From the NCBI GenBank assembly GCA_965232515.1, contig CBDDPY010000002.1, positions 6,711,573-6,775,572 of the forward strand: 64,000 nt of DNA. The letters run 5' to 3'. The notes below the pieces were generated by a model, which was given only the letters and a program-made list of their open reading frames with translations, ran no database searches and was not told where the DNA came from. The stretch's first letter is position 1; each line of letters begins with the position of its first letter. This DNA comes from Alphaproteobacteria bacterium (GTDB lineage Bacteria; Pseudomonadota; Alphaproteobacteria; GCA-2731375). Both the position numbers and the translations under genes were made by a program. Below, piece after piece: positions 19,981-28,436 of this stretch.

Positions 19981-20526
19981 TCAGGGCAACGGAAAGGCAT
20001 CGAGGTAGCCCTGATAGTCGGGCTCGACGTCGATCTCAAGCGTCTCCAGCACACGAACCACGGCGTTGTAGAAGCCGATCACCAGCACCAGCTCGACCAG
20101 CAGCTTGTGGCCGAGCGCGGCTTCGAGTTCGGCATAGGTCGGATCGGCGATCCGCCGCGTTTCCGTCATCTCGCGCGCCGCCCGCAGCACGGCGCGGTCG
20201 AGCGCCGGCAGGCCGCTGTCCTGACCGGCGGACTCCGCGGCAATCGCTCTGACGTCGTCGTCGCTGACGCCGAAATCGCGGCCGATGCCGATGTGATGGC
20301 TATATTCGTAGGCGCTGCGCGCGAGGTAGCCGACCTGCAGAATAGCCATCTCGCGCAGGCGCGGGTCCAGCGAACTCTCGTAGCGGATCCAATGCCCGAG
20401 TTTCTGGAAATGCCGCGTGCCGTCGGGGCTGTGCGTCAGCGCCCGGTAGAGATTGATGTTGCGCTTCAGCAGGTCGCGGTCGTCTTCGGCGAGGTCCGGC
20501 GGGTCGAGGTAGGGCAGGCGCGCCAT
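19981..20526 (-). CDS. Carboxymuconolactone decarboxylase (AhpD-like) family protein
   Basis: AILQVGYLARSAYEYSHH motif of the CMD/AhpD family. Confidence 0.7.
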   Translation of the reverse strand: MARLPYLDPPDLAEDDRDLLKRNINLYRALTHSPDGTRHFQKLGHWIRYESSLDPRLREMAILQVGYLARSAYEYSHHIGIGRDFGVSDDDVRAIAAESAGQDSGLPALDRAVLRAAREMTETRRIADPTYAELEAALGHKLLVELVLVIGFYNAVVRVLETLEIDVEPDYQGYLDAFPLP

Positions 20527-20538
20527 CGATCCGGCCTC

Positions 20539-21345
<807 letters not shown>

Positions 21346-21379
21346 TTGCCTTGCGTTTTCCTCCCGTTAGCGCCGCTGC

Positions 21380-21826
21380 TTAAGGCAAGTCCTTCAACAC
21401 CTCGTCCGGATGATCGGCGGGCGTCACCTTGGCATAGACCTTGGCGATGCGGCCTTCCGGATCGATCAGATAGCTGATTCGCGCAGGATATTGCGCGTCC
21501 GCTGAGTCGGCCGCCCCATAGGTCATGCTGATGGCGCGGTCCTCGTCGCACAACAGATCGTAGGGAAAGCCGAACTTTTCTTGAAACGCCCGGTTCTCCG
21601 CCGGCGTATCGCAGCTGATCCCGAGCACGATGGCGTTCTTGGCTGTGAAGTCTTGGATTCGATCACGGAACCCTTTGCCTTCAATGGTTCAGCCGGGGGT
21701 GTCAGCCTTCGGATACCACCAGAGAACGACGTAGTGCCCCCGATACTGATCCAGTGAGGTCTGAATCCCCTGCTGGTTCGGCAGCGAAAAGGCGGGGGCG
21801 ACATCCGCCTCATTCAACAAAGCCAC
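21380..21826 (-). CDS. Bcp-type thiol peroxidase (peroxiredoxin) with in-frame TGA at the peroxidatic Cys position; candidate selenoprotein, or a pseudogene
   Basis: Hand translation of the minus strand gives MALLNEADVAPAFSLPNQQG...HYVVLWWYPKADTPG-[TGA 21689-21691]-TIEGKGFRDRIQDFTAKNAIVLGISCD...LKDLP. Collinear with E. coli Bcp (PGCT). GTG start with an AAAGGAG RBS. Confidence 0.55.
21647..21688 (-). ncRNA. Candidate SECIS-like stem-loop immediately 3' of the in-frame UGA
   Basis: mRNA positions +7 to +42 after UGA: GAAG(GCAAA)GGGUUC[CGUGAUC]GAAUCC(AAGA)CUUC. A 4-bp plus 6-bp interrupted stem with a 7-nt apical loop containing G/U 23-24 nt after the UGA. Confidence 0.35.
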
Positions 21827-21927
21827 GCGAGTCTCCTTTCCATTGTTGACGAGATAGAAACAAAAGATAATTGAACAAAAACAGTAATTTAAAAGCTTGT
21901 TCTCATGTTTTATCGAAGTTTGACGAC

Positions 21928-22176
21928 TTAGCCGTCATCCGGCGTTTCCAAGCGGATGGCGAACGGGATGCCGTCAGCCGTGCCACGCAAGACAACGGCT
22001 GGGTTGCCGCCTGCGATCGCGGTGTCACCTGGGGCTGGCGTTGCCTGAGGCGTGGATTCGGCCTCACGGGCATCCGCGCCGGCGAACAGGTCATCGAACT
22101 GTTTTCGGCTCTCCGCCAAGAGGCTGTCGAAGGCGTCCGACATGCCGCCAACGTTGCTGTCCGAATCAGACGCCAT
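21928..22176 (-). CDS. Small acidic hypothetical protein
   Basis: 82-aa ORF directly downstream of the isochorismatase-family gene. No motif. Confidence 0.25.
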   Translation of the reverse strand: MASDSDSNVGGMSDAFDSLLAESRKQFDDLFAGADAREAESTPQATPAPGDTAIAGGNPAVVLRGTADGIPFAIRLETPDDG

Positions 22177-22182
22177 CGGTTT

Positions 22183-22893
22183 TCAGGCGTCCACCTTGGG
22201 GCGTTCGTTCCACCAGCGCTGGAAGTTTTCGTTCGCGGTGCCGCCTAGACCGGCGCTCGCCACCTGCTTGATGTACCCCAGCGCTTCGTCGGCCGAGACC
22301 ACGTCGCAGTATTTGGCGTCGAGGTCGAAGAGGTTCGCCTCGTGCGGTCCGTCGGCCCGGTCGCCGACGGCCTCGCGCACCACGATGGTGAGATAGCCGC
22401 TCTGCATCGAGTCGAGCGCCGAGGCGCGGACGCAGCCGCTGGTCGTGCAGCCCGTGACGATGACCGTGTCGACTCCCTGCGATTTCAGGTAGGCGTCGGC
22501 GTCGGTGCCGAAGAACGCGCTGGCGAATTTCTTCTCGACAACATATTCGCCGGGCTGCGGCCGGAGGCGGTCGTCGATCTCGACCATGTGCGAGCCGCGC
22601 CGCAGGATCGACAGCGACGGCACTTTCTTGATGAACACGCCGGCGTCGCGATAGTCGGCGTCATAGGCCGTGGTCGTATAGACGATTGGCAGGCCGCCGA
22701 GCCGGAACGCCGTCAACAGGTCCTTCGTGACCGCGATCTCGTTCGTGAGATCGCCGCCGAGCGGGGTCGACGGGTCGGTGAAGCCGTTGATGAAATCGAC
22801 GATCAGCAGCGCCGGCTTCTGGCCGTAGCCCGAGCGGACGGCGAAGCCCTTCTGCTCATAGTCGTCCCGCGTGCCGCGCTGCCAGTCGTTCAT
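22183..22893 (-). CDS. Isochorismatase-family cysteine hydrolase (N-carbamoylsarcosine amidase-like)
   Basis: LLIVDFINGF...VVEKKFASAFFGT...TVIVTGCTTSGCVRAS. Start trimmed to MNDWQRG (cat 22891-22893). Confidence 0.75.
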   Translation of the reverse strand: MNDWQRGTRDDYEQKGFAVRSGYGQKPALLIVDFINGFTDPSTPLGGDLTNEIAVTKDLLTAFRLGGLPIVYTTTAYDADYRDAGVFIKKVPSLSILRRGSHMVEIDDRLRPQPGEYVVEKKFASAFFGTDADAYLKSQGVDTVIVTGCTTSGCVRASALDSMQSGYLTIVVREAVGDRADGPHEANLFDLDAKYCDVVSADEALGYIKQVASAGLGGTANENFQRWWNERPKVDA

Positions 22894-23086
22894 CACCCAC
22901 CTCCCGATTACCGTCCGGCAATCATGCCCCAGCCGCGGGGCATTTTGAAAGCCGTTGTTCGTCCAACCGACGTCGCCGCCACGACGGAATTGTCGTTTGT
23001 GCTTGGCAAGGGCGGCGCGAGGCCGGAAACTTGGGCCCCAACCCAAGAAGTCAATCAAGCAAAACTGGGTTTCCGGAGGCCAACAG

Positions 23087-24160
23087 ATGAGTGAAGAGTC
23101 CTACGACAACCGTTCCCCACGGCCGGCGGCGCACGGCCTCGGCGGCAAATCCGCCCTCGGGCCGCGCTACCGGCCGAGCTCGCTGGTGACCTCGCGCGGG
23201 CCGTCGGCGCTGTCCGCCGGCAGCCGCCAGTCCGCCGTCAGCGGCCGCAAGGAAATCTTCTGCGCCTTCGGCATCGACGTCGACGCGGTGGCCGGCTGGC
23301 TCGGCTCCTATGGCGGCGAAGACTCGCCCTGCGACATCTCCCGCGGCCTGTTCTCGGGCGAGGTCGGCACGCCGCGGCTGGTGCGGCTGTTCGACCGCAT
23401 GGGAATCAAGACCACCTGGTTCATCCCCGGCCATTCCGTCGAAACCTTCCCCGAGCAGTGCAAGATGGTGGTCGACGCCGGCCACGAGATCGGCATGCAT
23501 GGCTACAGCCATGAAAATCCCATCGCCATGACGCCCGAGCAGGAAGAGGCCGTCATGGATAAGTGCATCGAGCTGATCGAGCGCCTGTGCGGCCGCCGCC
23601 CGACCGGTTATGTGGCGCCGTGGTGGGAGTTCAGCCCGGTCACCAATGAGCTGCTGCTGTCGAAAGGCATCAAGTACGACCACAGCCTGATGAACAACGA
23701 CTTCCAGCCGTTCTACGTGCGGGTGGGGGACAGCTGGACGCCGATCGACTATTCGAAGCACCCGGACGAGTGGATGCGGCCGCTGGTGCGCGGCCAGGAG
23801 ACCGATCTGATCGACATCCCCGGCAGCTGGCATCTCGACGATCTGCCGCCGATGATGTTCATCAAGTCGGCGCCGAACAGCCACGGCTTCGTCAATCCGC
23901 ACGATGTCGAGGCCTACTGGCGCGACCAGTTCGATTGGGTCTATCGGGAGTACGACTACGCGGTCTACACGCTGACGATCCATCCCGACGTCTCGGGCCG
24001 GCCGCACGTGCTGATGATGCTGGAGCGCCTGTTCGAACATATCTCCAGCCATCCGGGCGTGCGCTTCTGCACCTTCGATGAAATCGCCGACGACTTCGCG
24101 CAGCGCTTCCCGCGCGGCTCCGTCGACAACATCGAAGCGGCCTCGCTGGCGCAACGCTAG
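23087..24160 (+). CDS. Polysaccharide deacetylase-family hydrolase (PuuE allantoinase-like)
   Basis: [11 protein letters not shown]...[14 protein letters not shown]...[23 protein letters not shown]. Start at MSEESYD. Confidence 0.75.
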   Translation: MSEESYDNRSPRPAAHGLGGKSALGPRYRPSSLVTSRGPSALSAGSRQSAVSGRKEIFCAFGIDVDAVAGWLGSYGGEDSPCDISRGLFSGEVGTPRLVRLFDRMGIKTTWFIPGHSVETFPEQCKMVVDAGHEIGMHGYSHENPIAMTPEQEEAVMDKCIELIERLCGRRPTGYVAPWWEFSPVTNELLLSKGIKYDHSLMNNDFQPFYVRVGDSWTPIDYSKHPDEWMRPLVRGQETDLIDIPGSWHLDDLPPMMFIKSAPNSHGFVNPHDVEAYWRDQFDWVYREYDYAVYTLTIHPDVSGRPHVLMMLERLFEHISSHPGVRFCTFDEIADDFAQRFPRGSVDNIEAASLAQR

Positions 24161-24171
24161 GGCCGGGCGCT

Positions 24172-24507
24172 ATGTGCAGCCTCTGCGGCGTGCTCGGCGG
24201 CCGGGGCCACTGGACGGAAACGGCCAGCAACCCGGACGCTTTCCAGAGCCGCGCCGAGACCCATACCTGGCATCGTGAGCGGCAGACCCGAACGCGGCTC
24301 GTCAACGCGGTGCTGCGGCACTACGGGCTCAAGCTTGATGACTGGTCGGGCAACGCCTACATGCTGCGCAGCAAGACCGGCCGCACGGCGCTGGTCGACA
24401 ACCTGACCGAGGTCTGGACCGCGGCCGAGCAGATCGGCCGCGGGGTCTGCGACCCGCTCGACGAGGACTTGCTGGCGTCCTTGTCCGATTCCGGGTCGGC
24501 GCGATGA
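24172..24507 (+). CDS. Hypothetical protein (N-terminal CxxC)
   Basis: 111-aa ORF starting MCSLCG. ATGA overlap with the downstream CobW gene. Confidence 0.35.
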   Translation: MCSLCGVLGGRGHWTETASNPDAFQSRAETHTWHRERQTRTRLVNAVLRHYGLKLDDWSGNAYMLRSKTGRTALVDNLTEVWTAAEQIGRGVCDPLDEDLLASLSDSGSAR

Positions 24508-25556
24508 CCGACTATGCCGCCCTGATCCCGATCAACGTGATCACCGGCTTTCTCGGCAGCGGCAAGACCAGCCTGCTGCAGCGGCTGCTGGCCTCGCCAA
24601 GCCTGTGCGATACAGCGGTGCTGGTGAACGAGTTCGGCGAGGTCGGGCTCGACCACCAACTGCTGCAGCATGTCGCCGAGAGCACGCTGCTGCTGGACAA
24701 CGGTTGCCTGTGCTGTGCCGTGCGCGGCGATTTGCAGGACTCGTTGCGGCAGCTTTTCTCGCAGCGCGAGCGCGCCGAGATCTCGCCGTTCCGCCGGGTC
24801 GTGATCGAGACATCCGGCCTCGCCGATCCCGTGCCGATCGCCTACACCATCTTGGCCGAGCCGGTGATCCAGCATCATTTCCGTCTCGGCAACGTGGTCA
24901 CCACCATCGACGCGGTGAATGGCGGACAGCAACTCGACGCCTACCCGGAATCGGTGAAACAGGCAGCCATCGCCGACCGCGTGGTCGTGACCAAGACCGA
25001 TCTGGACGAGGAGGGACGTTTCGGCGCCCTGGAGCATCGCCTCCGGCAACTCAATCCGTCGGCGCCGGTGATCCGCGCGGCGGACGGGGTGCTGGACCCC
25101 GAACAGCTCCTGGCCCAGGACGTCTACGATGCCGACAGCAAGCAGCGGGACGTCGAAGACTGGCTCGCCGCCCACACGGTGTCGACCGAAAACCAGGGTG
25201 GCCACGACCATACACACGGCGTCGCGTCGTTCTGCCTGACCTTCGATGCGCCGCTCGACTGGACGGCGTTCGGCATCTGGATGACCATGCTGCAGCACCG
25301 GCATGGCGAGAACGTGCTGCGTATCAAGGGCATGCTGAACGTCGCGGGTCAGTCGGCGCCGGTGCTGATCAATGGCGTCCAGCACATCGTGCACCCGCCG
25401 ACCCATCTCGACGCCTGGCCCGATGCCGACCACCGCTCGCGCATCGTTTTCATCACGCGCGGCCTCGACCAGGCGCGCATCGAAGCCTCGCTTGCCGCCT
25501 TCAACCGGTTGGCAAATCCCGTCGCGGCGCGGATGCCCGTCGACGCCTTGGCCTGA
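24504..25556 (+). CDS. CobW/COG0523-family G3E GTPase (metallochaperone)
   Basis: INVITGFLGSGKTSLL P-loop, a CxCC motif (GCLCCAV) and an ETSGLADP switch. Confidence 0.85.
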   Translation: MTDYAALIPINVITGFLGSGKTSLLQRLLASPSLCDTAVLVNEFGEVGLDHQLLQHVAESTLLLDNGCLCCAVRGDLQDSLRQLFSQRERAEISPFRRVVIETSGLADPVPIAYTILAEPVIQHHFRLGNVVTTIDAVNGGQQLDAYPESVKQAAIADRVVVTKTDLDEEGRFGALEHRLRQLNPSAPVIRAADGVLDPEQLLAQDVYDADSKQRDVEDWLAAHTVSTENQGGHDHTHGVASFCLTFDAPLDWTAFGIWMTMLQHRHGENVLRIKGMLNVAGQSAPVLINGVQHIVHPPTHLDAWPDADHRSRIVFITRGLDQARIEASLAAFNRLANPVAARMPVDALA

Positions 25557-25564
25557 TTAGACGA

Positions 25565-26092
25565 TCAGCTTGAAGGTCCGGGTGTCGTCATCCGCGGCGG
25601 CGGCCGTCGCGGCGTCCAGCCCGTGCGGAAGGCTCGGACCACGAAGTGCAGCAGGTAGAAGATCACCGCCAGGATCACCAGCAGGATGATCGACAACAGC
25701 TTGCTGCCGAATTCGGCATCGACGATGGCGCCGCGGCTCATCAGATGCTCGCTCAGCACCTCGATGGCCTGAATGGTGGCGCCGGCGCAAAAAATCACCG
25801 CGATCAGGATGGCGATCTGCAACGTGTCGAAGACCAGGGTTTCCACATTCAGCTGGCCGCTGCTGTGGAAGATATTTTTCCGAAACGACTGCCAGTGCGC
25901 GATGGCATAGCCGATGACGCCGACCAGCGAGGCGAACCAGAAGATCACGTTGCTGAAGCGGATATTCGGAATGTGCTCGACCAGATAAGTCTCGAACGGC
26001 TGATAGAAGTAGAGAAAGATCAGCAGGATAATGACGCCGCCGAGGACGATCCAAAACCGCGGCCGCTCAGAATGTTCCTGTTCCTCGGACAT
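25565..26092 (-). CDS. Small integral membrane protein (paralog of 41016..41486)
   Basis: Four predicted TM helices. Shares IFLYFYQPFE and DAEFG(S/K)(K/R)L with the downstream paralog. Confidence 0.5.
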   Translation of the reverse strand: MSEEQEHSERPRFWIVLGGVIILLIFLYFYQPFETYLVEHIPNIRFSNVIFWFASLVGVIGYAIAHWQSFRKNIFHSSGQLNVETLVFDTLQIAILIAVIFCAGATIQAIEVLSEHLMSRGAIVDAEFGSKLLSIILLVILAVIFYLLHFVVRAFRTGWTPRRPPPRMTTPGPSS

Positions 26093-26365
26093 GGGCTGTT
26101 CTTCGCCTCGTTGGTTACCGGCAGGGATCGTATACGAAATCCCGCGCCCGTCAAAAGCGCTTCACCGATGCCCCTGACTCGCCCGCGCCGAACCTGCAAG
26201 ACGTAAATCAGATTGACCGGATGACGCGCGTTGGTGATCATTCGGGAAACGATAAATCCGCGGAGGCGTTTCTTGCTGGTTTCGGATTATCCGACAACCG
26301 CCCTGGGCGGTGCGTGTTCGGTGCGCGTGCGCGTCGACCTGACGTGGGCGACGTAAGGACGGAGC

Positions 26366-28423
26366 ATGACCAGTCGTCTCTGTATCGATGTTGGCGGGAC
26401 ATTCACCGATCTGTTGCTGGTCGACGACGACAGCGGTCGGCGGACGCATCTGAAGACGCCGACGACGCCGGGCGATCCGGCGGCGGGAATCCTGAGCGGT
26501 ATCGAGCAGATCACGGTCGAGGCCGGCGTCGCCGCGGCGGAGATCGGCGCGGTGCTGCACGGGTCAGGCTTGGCCGTCGACGCGGTGCGGCGGAAGACGG
26601 GCGCCAGGGTCGGCCTGCTGGTGACGCAAGGCTTCGAGCATCTGCTGCACCTGGCGCGCGCGCGGACGCCGGCGCCCATGGGCGGCTGGACGACGATGAA
26701 AAAGTCGGCGCCGCTCGCCGACATCGAATTCACGCACGGCGTGACTGAACGCATCAACGCGCGCGGCGACGTGGTGACGCCGCTCGACGAGGCCAAGGCG
26801 CGCGCCGCCGTGCGCGCGTTGTTGGACGCCGGCGCCGACTCAATCGTCGTCGCATTCCTGCACGCCCATGCCAACCCCGCGCACGAGCAGCGGGTCAAGG
26901 CCCTGGTGGCGGAAATGGCTGCCGATATGCCGGTGGCGCTGTCGTCCGAGATGTCGTCGCGGCACGGCGAGTACGAGCGCACGCTGGTCGCGGTGATGAA
27001 CGCCTATCTGCGGCCTGGCATGCAGCGCTACCTGGACGACATCGAGACGAAGCTGCGCGGCGCGGATGTGGCGGCGCCGATCAGCATGATCCGTCCGGAC
27101 GGCGGGCGCATGGCCGCGATCTATGCGACCGAGCGGCCGGCCCAGACCATGCTGTCGGGTCCCGCCGCCGCCGTGTCCGCCGCCGCCGCGGCAGCGGCGC
27201 AGGCCGGACACCAGAATGCGATCAGCTTCGACATGGGCGGCACGTCCACCGGTGTCGCGGTCATCCGCGACGGCGAAAGCCAGACTGGTTCGCACATGAC
27301 GTTCGCCGACGATGCCGTTGCCGTACCGTCAATCGACATGCGCAAGATCGGCCGGGGCGGCGGGGCGGTCGCCCATGTCCCGGTGACGGGCGCCCTGCGG
27401 GTCGGGCCCGAGGGCGCCGGCGCCGTTCCCGGCCCGGCCTGTTATGGTCGGGGCGGCGACCGGCCGACGTTGACCGATGCCAACGCCGTTCTGGGCCGCC
27501 TGCCGGGAACGCTGCTCGGCGGCCGGATGCCGCTCGACACCCGCGCCGCCGAGGAAGCGATGGGCAAGCTCGCCCGGACGCTCGGTCTCGACACCTATCA
27601 GACGGCCCTCGCCATCGTCGACGTCTGCAACGAGGATCTGGCGGGCGAGGTGCGGCTGGCCGCGGTGGCGCACGGGCTGGACACCGGCGATATGGCGATG
27701 GTCGCCGGCGGCGGCGCCGGACCGATGCATGCCGTCGCACTGGCGCGGCTGATCGGCTGTTATCCGGTTATCGTGCCGCCGACGCCCGGCCTGCTGTCGG
27801 CATGCGGCTTTCTGAACGCCGACATTCGCCATGAATGCGGTCGCGCTGTCATGCGCCTTGTCGACGAGATCGACAGCGCCCGTTTCGGTGACGTGCTCGA
27901 CCGGCTGGCGGCCGACGCCACCGCGCTGCTCGAGGCCGAGCAGGTGGAACCCGCGGCCCGGTCGCTGCGGTTCGAGGCGGACCTGCGATATCTCCGTCAA
28001 GGCAGCGAATTCACGTTCACCGTCGAGCCGGCCGGTCTGCGCAACGGCGGTCTTCAGGATCTCGCCACACGCTTCGCGGCGGCACACGAGCGGCGGCACG
28101 GCGTCAAGCTCGATCAACCGATCGAGCTGCTGGCGATCCGCGCCATTGGCCTAGGTCGGACGGCGCAGCCGTCTGATGCGACCGTCGAGGCGGGTGGACC
28201 TGACGCCTCGGCCGCCATTGTCGACCAGCGCCAGGTCTATTTCGATCAGGGGTTTGTCGCGACTGACATCTACGACCGGGCTTTGCTGCGCGCGGGCAAC
28301 CGCCTGATCGGACCGGCGATCGTCGAGCAGGCGGACGCGACCACGGTCGTGCATCCGGGGCATGTCGCCGAGGTCGATGCGCACGGCAACATGCTCATCC
28401 GGCCCGAGGCCGTTCGGCACTAG
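26366..28423 (+). CDS. hyuA: Hydantoinase/oxoprolinase A subunit (N-methylhydantoinase A-like)
   Basis: LCIDVGGTFTDLLLVD N-terminal motif. 685 aa, the size of the HyuA family. Confidence 0.85.
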   Translation: MTSRLCIDVGGTFTDLLLVDDDSGRRTHLKTPTTPGDPAAGILSGIEQITVEAGVAAAEIGAVLHGSGLAVDAVRRKTGARVGLLVTQGFEHLLHLARARTPAPMGGWTTMKKSAPLADIEFTHGVTERINARGDVVTPLDEAKARAAVRALLDAGADSIVVAFLHAHANPAHEQRVKALVAEMAADMPVALSSEMSSRHGEYERTLVAVMNAYLRPGMQRYLDDIETKLRGADVAAPISMIRPDGGRMAAIYATERPAQTMLSGPAAAVSAAAAAAAQAGHQNAISFDMGGTSTGVAVIRDGESQTGSHMTFADDAVAVPSIDMRKIGRGGGAVAHVPVTGALRVGPEGAGAVPGPACYGRGGDRPTLTDANAVLGRLPGTLLGGRMPLDTRAAEEAMGKLARTLGLDTYQTALAIVDVCNEDLAGEVRLAAVAHGLDTGDMAMVAGGGAGPMHAVALARLIGCYPVIVPPTPGLLSACGFLNADIRHECGRAVMRLVDEIDSARFGDVLDRLAADATALLEAEQVEPAARSLRFEADLRYLRQGSEFTFTVEPAGLRNGGLQDLATRFAAAHERRHGVKLDQPIELLAIRAIGLGRTAQPSDATVEAGGPDASAAIVDQRQVYFDQGFVATDIYDRALLRAGNRLIGPAIVEQADATTVVHPGHVAEVDAHGNMLIRPEAVRH

Positions 28424-28436
28424 GGGCGCGGGCGCA

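Noticed and set aside
21380-21826. Alternative reading of the bcp locus as a frameshifted or nonsense pseudogene
   Set aside because: Not fully rejected. I kept it as an alternative because a single TGC-to-TGA change would give the same picture. It was not preferred because the stop lies exactly at the catalytic Cys, both halves are in the same frame, and a SECIS-like hairpin follows.
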